64,000 nucleotides of DNA from an uncultured Candidatus Babeliaceae bacterium (GTDB lineage: Bacteria > Babelota > Babeliae > Babelales > Babelaceae), in assembly GCA_963704655.1 (NCBI GenBank), contig OY969927.1:1024001-1088000 (forward strand). The letters are read 5' to 3'. Below, in pieces: positions 48,838 to 57,383 of the stretch. The position numbers and the translations under genes were made by a program. The notes below the pieces were generated by a model, which saw only the letters and a list, made by a program, of their open reading frames with translations, did not search any database and was not told the DNA's origin. Position 1 is the stretch's first letter. Every line of letters begins with the position of its first letter.

Positions 48838-51281
48838 GTTCCCTCCGGCTTGTTTTTTGGAGTATCATCTTTAGAGCCAAAACGGGCTCTTACCATTTGC
48901 TCAACTTGAGCAGTTGGAACCTGTTCAGGTAGCCGTTCTTTTCTTGGTTCAGGTTTAGGATTTTCATGCTCTTGATCTTGCATATGATTCATCAAAGAGC
49001 TCTTTGAACTCTTCGTAAGACGTTTTGGTTTTTCTAATCGTGCATATTGGCTCTCGTCGATATATTTATCTTTGAGTCCAACAAAATCGTCAATAACAGC
49101 TTCACCGTGTTGAACATTGTCTTTAAAGAACCAACGTAATAATGGGTCACGCTGTTTTGTGTCGCCATAAAAGACAGCTTTTGTATCAAGAATCTTATCT
49201 TCGGTGAAGTTGTCAGCGACCTCATCATTTTCAGTAGGAATAATTTCTGGAACTATAAGTACCAAAATACTTGATCGTTCTGATGTTTTTACGATATTTT
49301 TAAATAAATTTCCTAGAATCGGGATATCGCCTAAAATAGGAACTTTAGTAATGGTATCAGTAACGGTATCTTGAATTAACCCGCCTAAAGCAAGTACTTC
49401 GTTGTTTGACATTATAACACTGGTGTTAACGGTCTTTTTGGTTCTATTACCGGCAGGTATATAATTTTGATCCGTATCTGGGCTTGTAAATTGCTCATAG
49501 TTTACTACAACATCTAATGTGATAAGGCCATCAACGCTTATTTGAGGTGTAACACTCACCGTTAAATTTGCGGCCAAATCTTTATAGGCGTTCGTACTTA
49601 CTGCGCTACCGTTTTGGATCACTGCATCAACAACCCGACGAATGGAACCGACAGATATCTGAGCAGGGTACTTATTAGTGGTTACCAAAAACGGGTTAGC
49701 AACCACAGATGTTTTTGTATATTGTTCAAGAATTTTAAAGAGTCCCCATACACCGTCAATATCGGCTCCAAGGGTTAATAATGTAGAGCCAACATTTCCA
49801 GAAAGTGATGCAAGTGAGATAAGATCGCCAAGTAATCGTGTAGCACCGGTGCCGCTAGGGTTTTCAACAACAGATGAACCGGTTCCTGCAAGGCCAGAAG
49901 TTTGAAAATTAACGTTATTACCTAAAAAGCCATTTACGCCAGGAACTTTATTTCGCAACTGTGTTCCTATTTCTTTGTTTTCCGTTAAGTCGATATTAAG
50001 TAAAAGTACCTTGATTGCAACTTGCGGCTGCTCGACATCTATTCTTTTTATAAGGTTAAAGATCTTCGTATAGTCATCATAATCGGCATAAATAATAAGA
50101 CGGTTGCCAGTTTTTTCTGCTTCGACATATACCGGCTTTAAATACTTGTCGCCATCGCGCACACCACCGTTTTTAGCAGCATCAGTATCCCTTTGAAACT
50201 GTGTTGCAGCGTTTAAAATCTTAGCGAGAGACTCAGCGTTAGTATGTTTAAGTGCATAGGTAAAAATCGGCGTATAGCTTGCATCGGCACGTTTATCTAA
50301 TGTTTTTTCTATAAAGTCATATACACGCTGAACAGAATCTTTTGTTCCAACCATCACAATAGCGTTCAAGTGGGGAATTGGTGTCAAACGAATATTTTCA
50401 GAAAAATAGCTGGTGCTTGGTTTTTTTCGTTGGCCCAGAAGACGTGCCGTTAAAGATGGTTCATCAGTTTTGATTAATTCTTTATACAAATTTACTGCTC
50501 GGGTAGCGTCTATGCGTTCAAGTTTTAAAATCTTTAAAATCTCTGTTGGATTTGCTTGATCAAGTTCATTAATAATAGCCAACATATTTTTAATATTAGA
50601 TGACTTGTCGGTAAGGATAATTGCGCGCATGTCAGGTATTATAATTGCCCGCGGTGATGCGGCGCTTTTTACTTCATTGATAAGGTTGATAATAGTATCT
50701 AACGATGTATTTTTTATGAACGTAATATAACGAATAACTGTATCATCAGAAGGTAGTTCTTCGAGTTTAGTGTCTATGTAAAGTGGCAGCGGATTTTTGC
50801 CAGGGCTTAATGGAGATTTTGGATCTGTAGGTGAAATTCTAAATACACGGGGTGATGGACCAGGGATTACGGTTAGGCCAGAAAGATCTAAAAATTGGGT
50901 GAATATCGCCCATGCGTCTTTTTTAGAGAATGGTTTATTGGTACTAAATGAAACAGTAATTCCTGAAATAGACTTGCTGCCTGCTGGTGCAGGGTTTAAA
51001 GAATCATCTAAAAGAAAAGTAATATTAAAGTGCTCTGCAAAATAATCTATTACCGCTTTTAGTGTGGTGCTTTCAAATTTAAACTCTATCGTTTCATTAG
51101 GGTCGCCATATTCCCACGGGTTGGTAAATTCGGTAAGATAGTTTTCTTTCAAGTAGGTTGGCTTTTTACTTTCCTGCAACTCTTCTTCTTTTGTTTTTAT
51201 ATGATCAATTAAAGGAGTAGCAGTGATGGCATTCCATATAGTTATTGTTACAAGCAAAAGTAAAAATAATTTTATTTTCAT
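48834..51281 (-). CDS. gspD: Type II secretion secretin (GspD-like), copy 1
   Basis: Signal peptide, N0-N3 domains, VLALGGLI...KVPILGDIPILGNLFK. Confidence 0.87.
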   Translation of the reverse strand: MKIKLFLLLLVTITIWNAITATPLIDHIKTKEEELQESKKPTYLKENYLTEFTNPWEYGDPNETIEFKFESTTLKAVIDYFAEHFNITFLLDDSLNPAPAGSKSISGITVSFSTNKPFSKKDAWAIFTQFLDLSGLTVIPGPSPRVFRISPTDPKSPLSPGKNPLPLYIDTKLEELPSDDTVIRYITFIKNTSLDTIINLINEVKSAASPRAIIIPDMRAIILTDKSSNIKNMLAIINELDQANPTEILKILKLERIDATRAVNLYKELIKTDEPSLTARLLGQRKKPSTSYFSENIRLTPIPHLNAIVMVGTKDSVQRVYDFIEKTLDKRADASYTPIFTYALKHTNAESLAKILNAATQFQRDTDAAKNGGVRDGDKYLKPVYVEAEKTGNRLIIYADYDDYTKIFNLIKRIDVEQPQVAIKVLLLNIDLTENKEIGTQLRNKVPGVNGFLGNNVNFQTSGLAGTGSSVVENPSGTGATRLLGDLISLASLSGNVGSTLLTLGADIDGVWGLFKILEQYTKTSVVANPFLVTTNKYPAQISVGSIRRVVDAVIQNGSAVSTNAYKDLAANLTVSVTPQISVDGLITLDVVVNYEQFTSPDTDQNYIPAGNRTKKTVNTSVIMSNNEVLALGGLIQDTVTDTITKVPILGDIPILGNLFKNIVKTSERSSILVLIVPEIIPTENDEVADNFTEDKILDTKAVFYGDTKQRDPLLRWFFKDNVQHGEAVIDDFVGLKDKYIDESQYARLEKPKRLTKSSKSSLMNHMQDQEHENPKPEPRKERLPEQVPTAQVEQMVRARFGSKDDTPKNKPEGT

Positions 51282-51296
51282 AGTATTTTTTTATCC

Positions 51297-52427
51297 TCAG
51301 GTAGGTACTTGCTGTAACAGTGATGAACTTGAAGGCGCGTTAGTCATTGCAGAAAGATTATTTTTTTGTGTACGCTCGAGCATTGGGTTTTTTGTTGCAT
51401 GAGATTCCATTACCAATTTATTACTCATCTCATGCATCTGTTGTAATTCTTGCGGTACAGCTTCATTTTCTTGCACAGACAATTGTTCTGGTTGAACTTC
51501 TTGTTCTGGTGATAAACTATAAGTTTGCATAATTTCATTTCCATTACGCAGCAGCTTAACTGCGATTGTTTCTTGCTGTGTCATATTTTTAATTTTTGTA
51601 AATATTTCAACGCGGTCATTTGTTGTTGTTGTTGGGATATCTGCAATAGTCAAAATAATATCGTTAGGTAATAATCCAAGAGCTATTCCAACAGATTGTG
51701 GTTTTAGTACGCCTATTCTGCAGCCTATTGTTTTACCTTTTTTAAATGCGGTAGTTACATCAAGCATATCAATAAACTCTGCAAGATTTTTCACTTCATG
51801 AGTAAATTGATGTTTGTCGACCATAAACTCAGTTGGTGATTTTTGTTGAATAATTGTCTGCCAAACTACTTCATGCTTATATTGAGAATCTTTTTGTGCA
51901 TCTTGTGATGAAACAAATAATGTTTCCTGTTGTCCATTCGAGCGAATAAGCATTACTTTATTATAATAGATTCGTACAATTTCTGAATCTTCTATAGTAT
52001 CGCCTACCTTATAAAGTTTTTCATTTTTAGATTTAGTCTCTTCGATAACTGCTCGGTTAGAACGTTCGTCTGACGAGAACATGATACCTTTCAGCGTTAC
52101 TTGCAGCGGCTCTAGAAACTGAACTGGACGTGGTTGAACTGGCGCGGGCGCTTGTGGCGCTGGCGGTGTTGGAAGTACCAGTTTCTTTTCTTCTGGCTTT
52201 ACTTCTTGCTCTTGAGATTCTTTATAAGTGTTAAAAAGATCATTGCGATATATGCGTGAAATATCGATCTTTGAAACATCTTTTAATGGAGCACTCTGCA
52301 TATAATTTGCAATCAAGCTGGCGCGTGCTGGAAGCCTATAACGCGTGAGCCCAACAAAAATAAGCATGCAAATGAATAATATAAAAAGGGTGCTATTTAT
52401 TATCCAGATAGGGGGTTGTTTATACAT
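51297..52427 (-). CDS. gspC: T2SS GspC-like protein with PDZ domain
   Basis: N-terminal TM, Pro-rich linker, HR domain LKGI...AVIE...YKVGD, PDZ LGL.PNDII...LLRNG. Confidence 0.8.
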   Translation of the reverse strand: MYKQPPIWIINSTLFILFICMLIFVGLTRYRLPARASLIANYMQSAPLKDVSKIDISRIYRNDLFNTYKESQEQEVKPEEKKLVLPTPPAPQAPAPVQPRPVQFLEPLQVTLKGIMFSSDERSNRAVIEETKSKNEKLYKVGDTIEDSEIVRIYYNKVMLIRSNGQQETLFVSSQDAQKDSQYKHEVVWQTIIQQKSPTEFMVDKHQFTHEVKNLAEFIDMLDVTTAFKKGKTIGCRIGVLKPQSVGIALGLLPNDIILTIADIPTTTTNDRVEIFTKIKNMTQQETIAVKLLRNGNEIMQTYSLSPEQEVQPEQLSVQENEAVPQELQQMHEMSNKLVMESHATKNPMLERTQKNNLSAMTNAPSSSSLLQQVPT

Positions 52428-52569
52428 CCCTGCATTCCTTTATACCGTGCACATAAGCTCTAACAATTGTATGATACAATATTTGCCGTCAACGAGGTAT
52501 TTGTCAAGTATATCAGAAAAACTTCAGTAAAATTTCGACCCTTTGCGCGGTTTGCGCTATGAAAATTAT

Positions 52570-52983
52570 TTATCGTTCAACCAAGTGATTTGTCTTATTT
52601 GAACTTGTTTTTGTTGGATCACGATGTTCACTAGAACTATTTTGTCTTGTTTGTTGAGTTTGTCCAATTCTTTCAATTAATGCAAAACTTAAGGCGACTA
52701 GAGAATCAACAGTAGGCTGTTCTTGTCTATTTTCTGCAGGCACAACCTGATCTTCGGTAAAAATATTTTCTCTATTTTGTTGAGTTGGAAAAGGCGACTG
52801 TTCATCGAACGCTCTTCTGAGCGCGGCTGCTTGTTCATCGTTTAGAATAAATGCGTCATGCCGACGAGTTAGTCTTTGTCGTGTATTATTATGTGCATGT
52901 GGTTGAGGGCCGTATGCGGCTAAATTACTCACAGTCGCTGCACATAGAACAGCTAGTAAATTTTTTTTGAAAGTATTCTTCAT
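52570..52983 (-). CDS. Secreted low-complexity hypothetical protein
   Basis: Signal peptide MKNTFKKNLLAVLCAATVSNLAA; Q/R/N-rich. Confidence 0.65.
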   Translation of the reverse strand: MKNTFKKNLLAVLCAATVSNLAAYGPQPHAHNNTRQRLTRRHDAFILNDEQAAALRRAFDEQSPFPTQQNRENIFTEDQVVPAENRQEQPTVDSLVALSFALIERIGQTQQTRQNSSSEHRDPTKTSSNKTNHLVER

Positions 52984-53175
52984 ATTTATTAAATTTGTTT
53001 TGTGTTTACTTAAGTAAGAATAATAATAAGGTATCTGTTAAAAGAAATTAAGAAGATCCTATTTAATATAGAATCTTCTTTAATTTTATCAGTAATGTTT
53101 AAATTTTCAAACTATGATTATATTGCGTTACAAATTAGGCAATGTGCCGTAAGTAGATGTTGTTTGCGCCGGTGC

Positions 53176-55017
53176 TTATTCTTCTTCAAATTCTTCTTCT
53201 TCTGTTGGGAATGTTCTAATTTCAGGTTCCTGAGCAAAAGTTACTTTAGTTACTTTTTTCTTCATGGCAGATTTTAATGGTACTACTGCCGGCGGCGGTG
53301 GAGTTGTTGAAGGTTTAGTGCGTATTCCTACCGGAAGGGGAAGTAATGGGACTCTACTAGTGCGTGTAGTAGGAATTATTGTAGTTGTTGGGGTACCTAG
53401 TTCTTGTATTTTAAACGATTCATTTTGGTTGCTGACGTAATCTCTTACGATATTCCATTTTTGTTGATCATCCAAGGCAGCAGATATAAGAAGATAGCAG
53501 CATTTTTGTGCTACTTTAACAATTTTTTGGAAGTCAGCTTCTTGTGTTATATTAGGACCCATAATGAACTCAAGTGTTACAGATTCTAAAAGGTAATCAT
53601 ACAGTTTTTCAAATTCCGCTCTTTCAAGCTTTTCTTGTTCCGTGAATCTAAAGCCAGGGATATAGGTGATTGCTTTAGTGTATAGATCTTCATAAAGACC
53701 TAATTTTGCTAGAGTTTCTATTTTTTCATTTTTGATTATTTGTTGTATATTCTGTATATCTTGTGTCGTAGCGTCTTCTTGAAGAACATAAGCTTTTGGT
53801 TCATTTATTATACCTATTAATTTTTCATATATATCATAAGCATTAAACTTTGCATTAGATCTTTGATGAATAAGTAATTTTGGATTAGTCAATTTCTGTT
53901 TAAGTTCTGTATATGATAGATTTCTTGCTATAAATCCCTTTGGTTCGAATAAAATTTTGGGGATTTGATAACCATTATTTTCGCATATTTTAGATAGTAT
54001 ATTCGGAAGAGTTTTTGGTTCATAACCATTTTTTGCCTGGAGCAGCGACACGTAAATTTGATTTACGGTAGTATCAATGCCCGAAATATTTTCTTTAGGT
54101 ATACTAGTTGGTGATGCTTGTTTGTAATTAAAATTTATTGTTTTAAACAGTTCTTCTATGTCAGAACTTTCTTTTTGGGCAAGGTCATTTAAATATCTAT
54201 TGGCGCTTGGATTTAGGTAAGATTTTAATCCCAAGGCTCTTAATATATCTGATTTTTTTTGATCGAGATTCTTGAATAATTCAGCTACGTCACTTTTGCC
54301 TTGTTCATAATAATTTCTCATTGGCGCGTAGTTGTCTTCTTTTAATTCTTCAATAAATTTAATCGATTCATTAATCAACTCTTTTGTTGGGGATAGGTAT
54401 GCTTGATGATATCTATATGCTCCATAACTTGCCAATGCGCCTGCTGCTGCTAATGATGCTAGAACATAAGGATTTTTTAAATTTTCAGATATTTTTTCAA
54501 ATGTACTTTGTGCAGCTCCTGTTTGCATTATTTCGTGATGACCTTCATAGTATGATTCCCAATCTTGAGCGCTTAACTTTTGAGCTGCAGCTGTAAGGGG
54601 ACTAATTGATTCTTGAGCTATATTGATAGCCGATATTGTTGCTTCTGTAGGAGCAGTAGTTGTAATCGGCATAATAGACTTTTTAGCTATATTTATAACT
54701 GGAGCTGCTGGTGCCAATGTTTCTGTAGTTGAAGCGGCAATAGGTGCTATAGATTCTGCTGCTGAAGTTGCAAGAGGCGCAATAACTTCTGTAACAGGAG
54801 TAATAGTTGCTGGAATTTCAGCTGTGATAGTTATAGGAGCTATGTTAGGGGTAGTTGCTGCTGGAACTGTTGGAGCTGCGCTTGGAATTTCCATTCCTTC
54901 AGCCAAAAGAGGAGTTCTAAGTAAATCTTGTTCAGGTGCTTTAATTTCGTATATAGAGAAAGATGCTGATAGTGCAAAGATCACCACAAGTATCTTGGTA
55001 AAAAGATTAAGATTCAT
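53176..55017 (-). CDS. Secreted protein with A/T/P-rich repeats and C-terminal PP1-docking-like motif
   Basis: AAGGGAG RBS, ATG 55017, signal peptide; tail PPPPAVVPLKSAMKKKVTKVTFAQEPEIRTFPTEEEEFEEE. Confidence 0.75.
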   Translation of the reverse strand: MNLNLFTKILVVIFALSASFSIYEIKAPEQDLLRTPLLAEGMEIPSAAPTVPAATTPNIAPITITAEIPATITPVTEVIAPLATSAAESIAPIAASTTETLAPAAPVINIAKKSIMPITTTAPTEATISAINIAQESISPLTAAAQKLSAQDWESYYEGHHEIMQTGAAQSTFEKISENLKNPYVLASLAAAGALASYGAYRYHQAYLSPTKELINESIKFIEELKEDNYAPMRNYYEQGKSDVAELFKNLDQKKSDILRALGLKSYLNPSANRYLNDLAQKESSDIEELFKTINFNYKQASPTSIPKENISGIDTTVNQIYVSLLQAKNGYEPKTLPNILSKICENNGYQIPKILFEPKGFIARNLSYTELKQKLTNPKLLIHQRSNAKFNAYDIYEKLIGIINEPKAYVLQEDATTQDIQNIQQIIKNEKIETLAKLGLYEDLYTKAITYIPGFRFTEQEKLERAEFEKLYDYLLESVTLEFIMGPNITQEADFQKIVKVAQKCCYLLISAALDDQQKWNIVRDYVSNQNESFKIQELGTPTTTIIPTTRTSRVPLLPLPVGIRTKPSTTPPPPAVVPLKSAMKKKVTKVTFAQEPEIRTFPTEEEEFEEE

Positions 55018-55147
55018 TACTACTCCCTTTAAATTTAACATTTAATATAAATCTATTTACCTTAAGCGTACTTAAATTAATTTATATTTGTCAATAATTA
55101 GGGAGATTTAATCGAAAATCAGGGTTTTTTTGAATAAAAAAAATGGT

Positions 55148-55900
55148 TTATTGTTGTTTTTCAGTCTGAATAGGGCCCTCAGGTAGGCCGCGGATAAATT
55201 GGTAAATATATGGATTTGTCGATTCCCAAATCGTTTTGGCATCGCCAAAGTAGCGGATTTGCCCCTCATGAAGCAGGGCAATATAATCAACATATTTAAA
55301 GATCTCAAGGTCATGCGAGACAACAATACTGGTCAATTTAAACCGTTCTTGCATGGAGGCCATAAGTTCATGCACCACGCGGGAAGTAATAGGGTCAAGG
55401 CCAGTTGTAGGTTCGTCATAGAGAATAATTTTAGGGTTGCGAATCAATGTTCGCGCAAGACCAACTCGTTTACGCATGCCGCCAGAAAGCTCAGAAGGGT
55501 ACTTATCAAGAATATCTTGGTTTAAATTTACCTCAGCAAGCTTTTTTATGACAATCGGTCTGACTTCTTCTTCTGGTTTGCCATTTTCAAGTAATGATAT
55601 GCCCACATTTTCAAAGATGGTAAGCGAGTCTAAAAGTGCGGCAAACTGGAACACATAGCCACATTTTTCGTAAACTTTTTCATGCTCGCTGGCTGAAAGT
55701 TGAGTAATTTCAACGCCATCGATGTAAATACGGCCACTGGTAGGCTTTATAAGACCAATAATCTGCTTAAGAAGAACAGATTTGCCTTCGCCTGAACGGC
55801 CAATAATACAAGTGATTTTACCTTCTGGTATTTCAAGATTAAGGCCATTGGTAACAACCTGTTTATTAAATACTTTAATTAAGTTTTCTATTTTTATCAT
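55148..55900 (-). CDS. mlaF: ABC transporter ATP-binding protein, MlaF/Mkl family
   Basis: GRSGEGKS, VFQFAALLDS, LSGGMRKRVGLAR, YDEPTTGLDP, SHD. Confidence 0.9.
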   Translation of the reverse strand: MIKIENLIKVFNKQVVTNGLNLEIPEGKITCIIGRSGEGKSVLLKQIIGLIKPTSGRIYIDGVEITQLSASEHEKVYEKCGYVFQFAALLDSLTIFENVGISLLENGKPEEEVRPIVIKKLAEVNLNQDILDKYPSELSGGMRKRVGLARTLIRNPKIILYDEPTTGLDPITSRVVHELMASMQERFKLTSIVVSHDLEIFKYVDYIALLHEGQIRYFGDAKTIWESTNPYIYQFIRGLPEGPIQTEKQQ

Positions 55901-56718
55901 GAAATTCCCGTTTGAAAGAGAATTGAACTTAAAAAGTAGTTTGCTATTAAAATGGTTATAGAACCTATAACAACGCTTCGTGTAGTGGTTATTCCAACAC
56001 CGCGTGCGCCGCCTGTTGTATAATAACCATTATAGGTGCTGACCGAAGACAATATAAAACCAAAGAAACTTGATTTAATAAGTCCGCCTGTAATATCAGA
56101 AAATTCTACAAACTCTTTTATACCAGACATGTATGATTCAGGGTTAATATCAAGACTATAGACACATAAAAGATATCCACCAAATGTTCCTAGGGCCATA
56201 GAAAAAATAGCCAAAAAGGGCAAAATAATAGTGCTTGCTAATATGCGGGGTACGATAAGATACTGAAACGGGTGAATACTCAAGGTCTTAAGTGCATCAA
56301 TTTGTTCGGTGATTTCCATGGTGCCAAGTTCTGCTGCCATTGCTGATCCGCATCTGCCAGTAACCATAAGTCCTGTTAAAACCGGTCCTAGTTCGCGTGT
56401 CATACCCAAGGCGACAACTGTTCCAATAAATTCTTCTATGCCAAAACGGTGAAAACCAATATAGGTTTGTAATGCAAGGGCAAGTCCCGTAGAAAAGCCT
56501 GTTAAGAATATGATGCTTGATGATTCTACGCCGACGCGCATAAGTTGATCAAGAAGTCTACGGAATTTTAAGCGTGTGGTAAAAAGAACCCTAAAAGTTG
56601 TAATAAGAAAAAATATAAAATCACCGCAAATGGTACATAACTGAAGAATCTCTTGCACGAGCCATTCGGCTGCGCTGATAGTTTTTCTTCCCAGGTAATT
56701 CAATGCGGTGATAAGCAT
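55897..56718 (-). CDS. mlaE: ABC permease, MlaE family
   Basis: RELGPVLTGLMVTGRCGSAMAAELGTM.ITEQIDAL, VPR, GGARGVG..TT.SVV. Confidence 0.93.
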   Translation of the reverse strand: MLITALNYLGRKTISAAEWLVQEILQLCTICGDFIFFLITTFRVLFTTRLKFRRLLDQLMRVGVESSSIIFLTGFSTGLALALQTYIGFHRFGIEEFIGTVVALGMTRELGPVLTGLMVTGRCGSAMAAELGTMEITEQIDALKTLSIHPFQYLIVPRILASTIILPFLAIFSMALGTFGGYLLCVYSLDINPESYMSGIKEFVEFSDITGGLIKSSFFGFILSSVSTYNGYYTTGGARGVGITTTRSVVIGSITILIANYFLSSILFQTGIS

Positions 56719-56727
56719 ATTTTTATA

Positions 56728-57051
56728 CTATTCTTGTGGCTCTACTGGAGCTGGTTCGGTCTGTATTGGCATTTCTACTTGTTCATCTAAAATGCGGGAT
56801 GTTTGCATGGTGCCTGAATTACGCATTAATGCAAGCACGAGTGAACCTGCAAGAAAGAGAAAGCCAAGAACCCAAGTAGCTTTTTGGAATATATCCTGGC
56901 CGCCTGAACCGCCAAAGAGTTTAACATTTGCATTTCCCATATTACTGAAAAGGCCCGTACCGCCCTTACCTTTTTGTAACAAGATAATAAAGATGAGCAT
57001 GAGGCAGAGGATAACAAAAAGTGTGGTTAGTAAGCTTTGTAGTAATGCCAT
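56728..57051 (-). CDS. secG: Preprotein translocase subunit SecG
   Basis: ILLQKGKGG.G....FGGSG.....K.TW two-TM pattern. Confidence 0.9.
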   Translation of the reverse strand: MALLQSLLTTLFVILCLMLIFIILLQKGKGGTGLFSNMGNANVKLFGGSGGQDIFQKATWVLGFLFLAGSLVLALMRNSGTMQTSRILDEQVEMPIQTEPAPVEPQE

Positions 57052-57383
57052 AATAATTCCTTATAAAATCAAAAGCTTTTGAATAACAGATATGTTCTAT
57101 TTGTTAGTTTATCGATACTAGCATTTTTTTAAAGAGTCAATCTATAATTTTTATACATAGCACAGCTCTAACATAATAATTTAATTCTATTATTTATATT
57201 TTGGAGGCGTGATGGCCAGTAATATGTATCTTCCGTTTTTACTATCGGGCGTATTTGGGTTTACAGAAAATCTGCTTACCCAGCTTGCCCTTTCAAAAAG
57301 ATAATACTTTGTGAATTATTTACAATCTGTATTTGAAGCTGCTAGTATCGGATATAGAGTAGGTGGGCACAAAGGGATTTCTT

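Noticed and set aside
54623-55045. 140-aa hydrophobic ORF on + strand
   Set aside because: Antisense shadow of the low-complexity region of 53176..55017.
56700-57380. tRNA gene next to secG
   Set aside because: No cloverleaf or T-loop GTTC(G/A)A pattern found on either strand.
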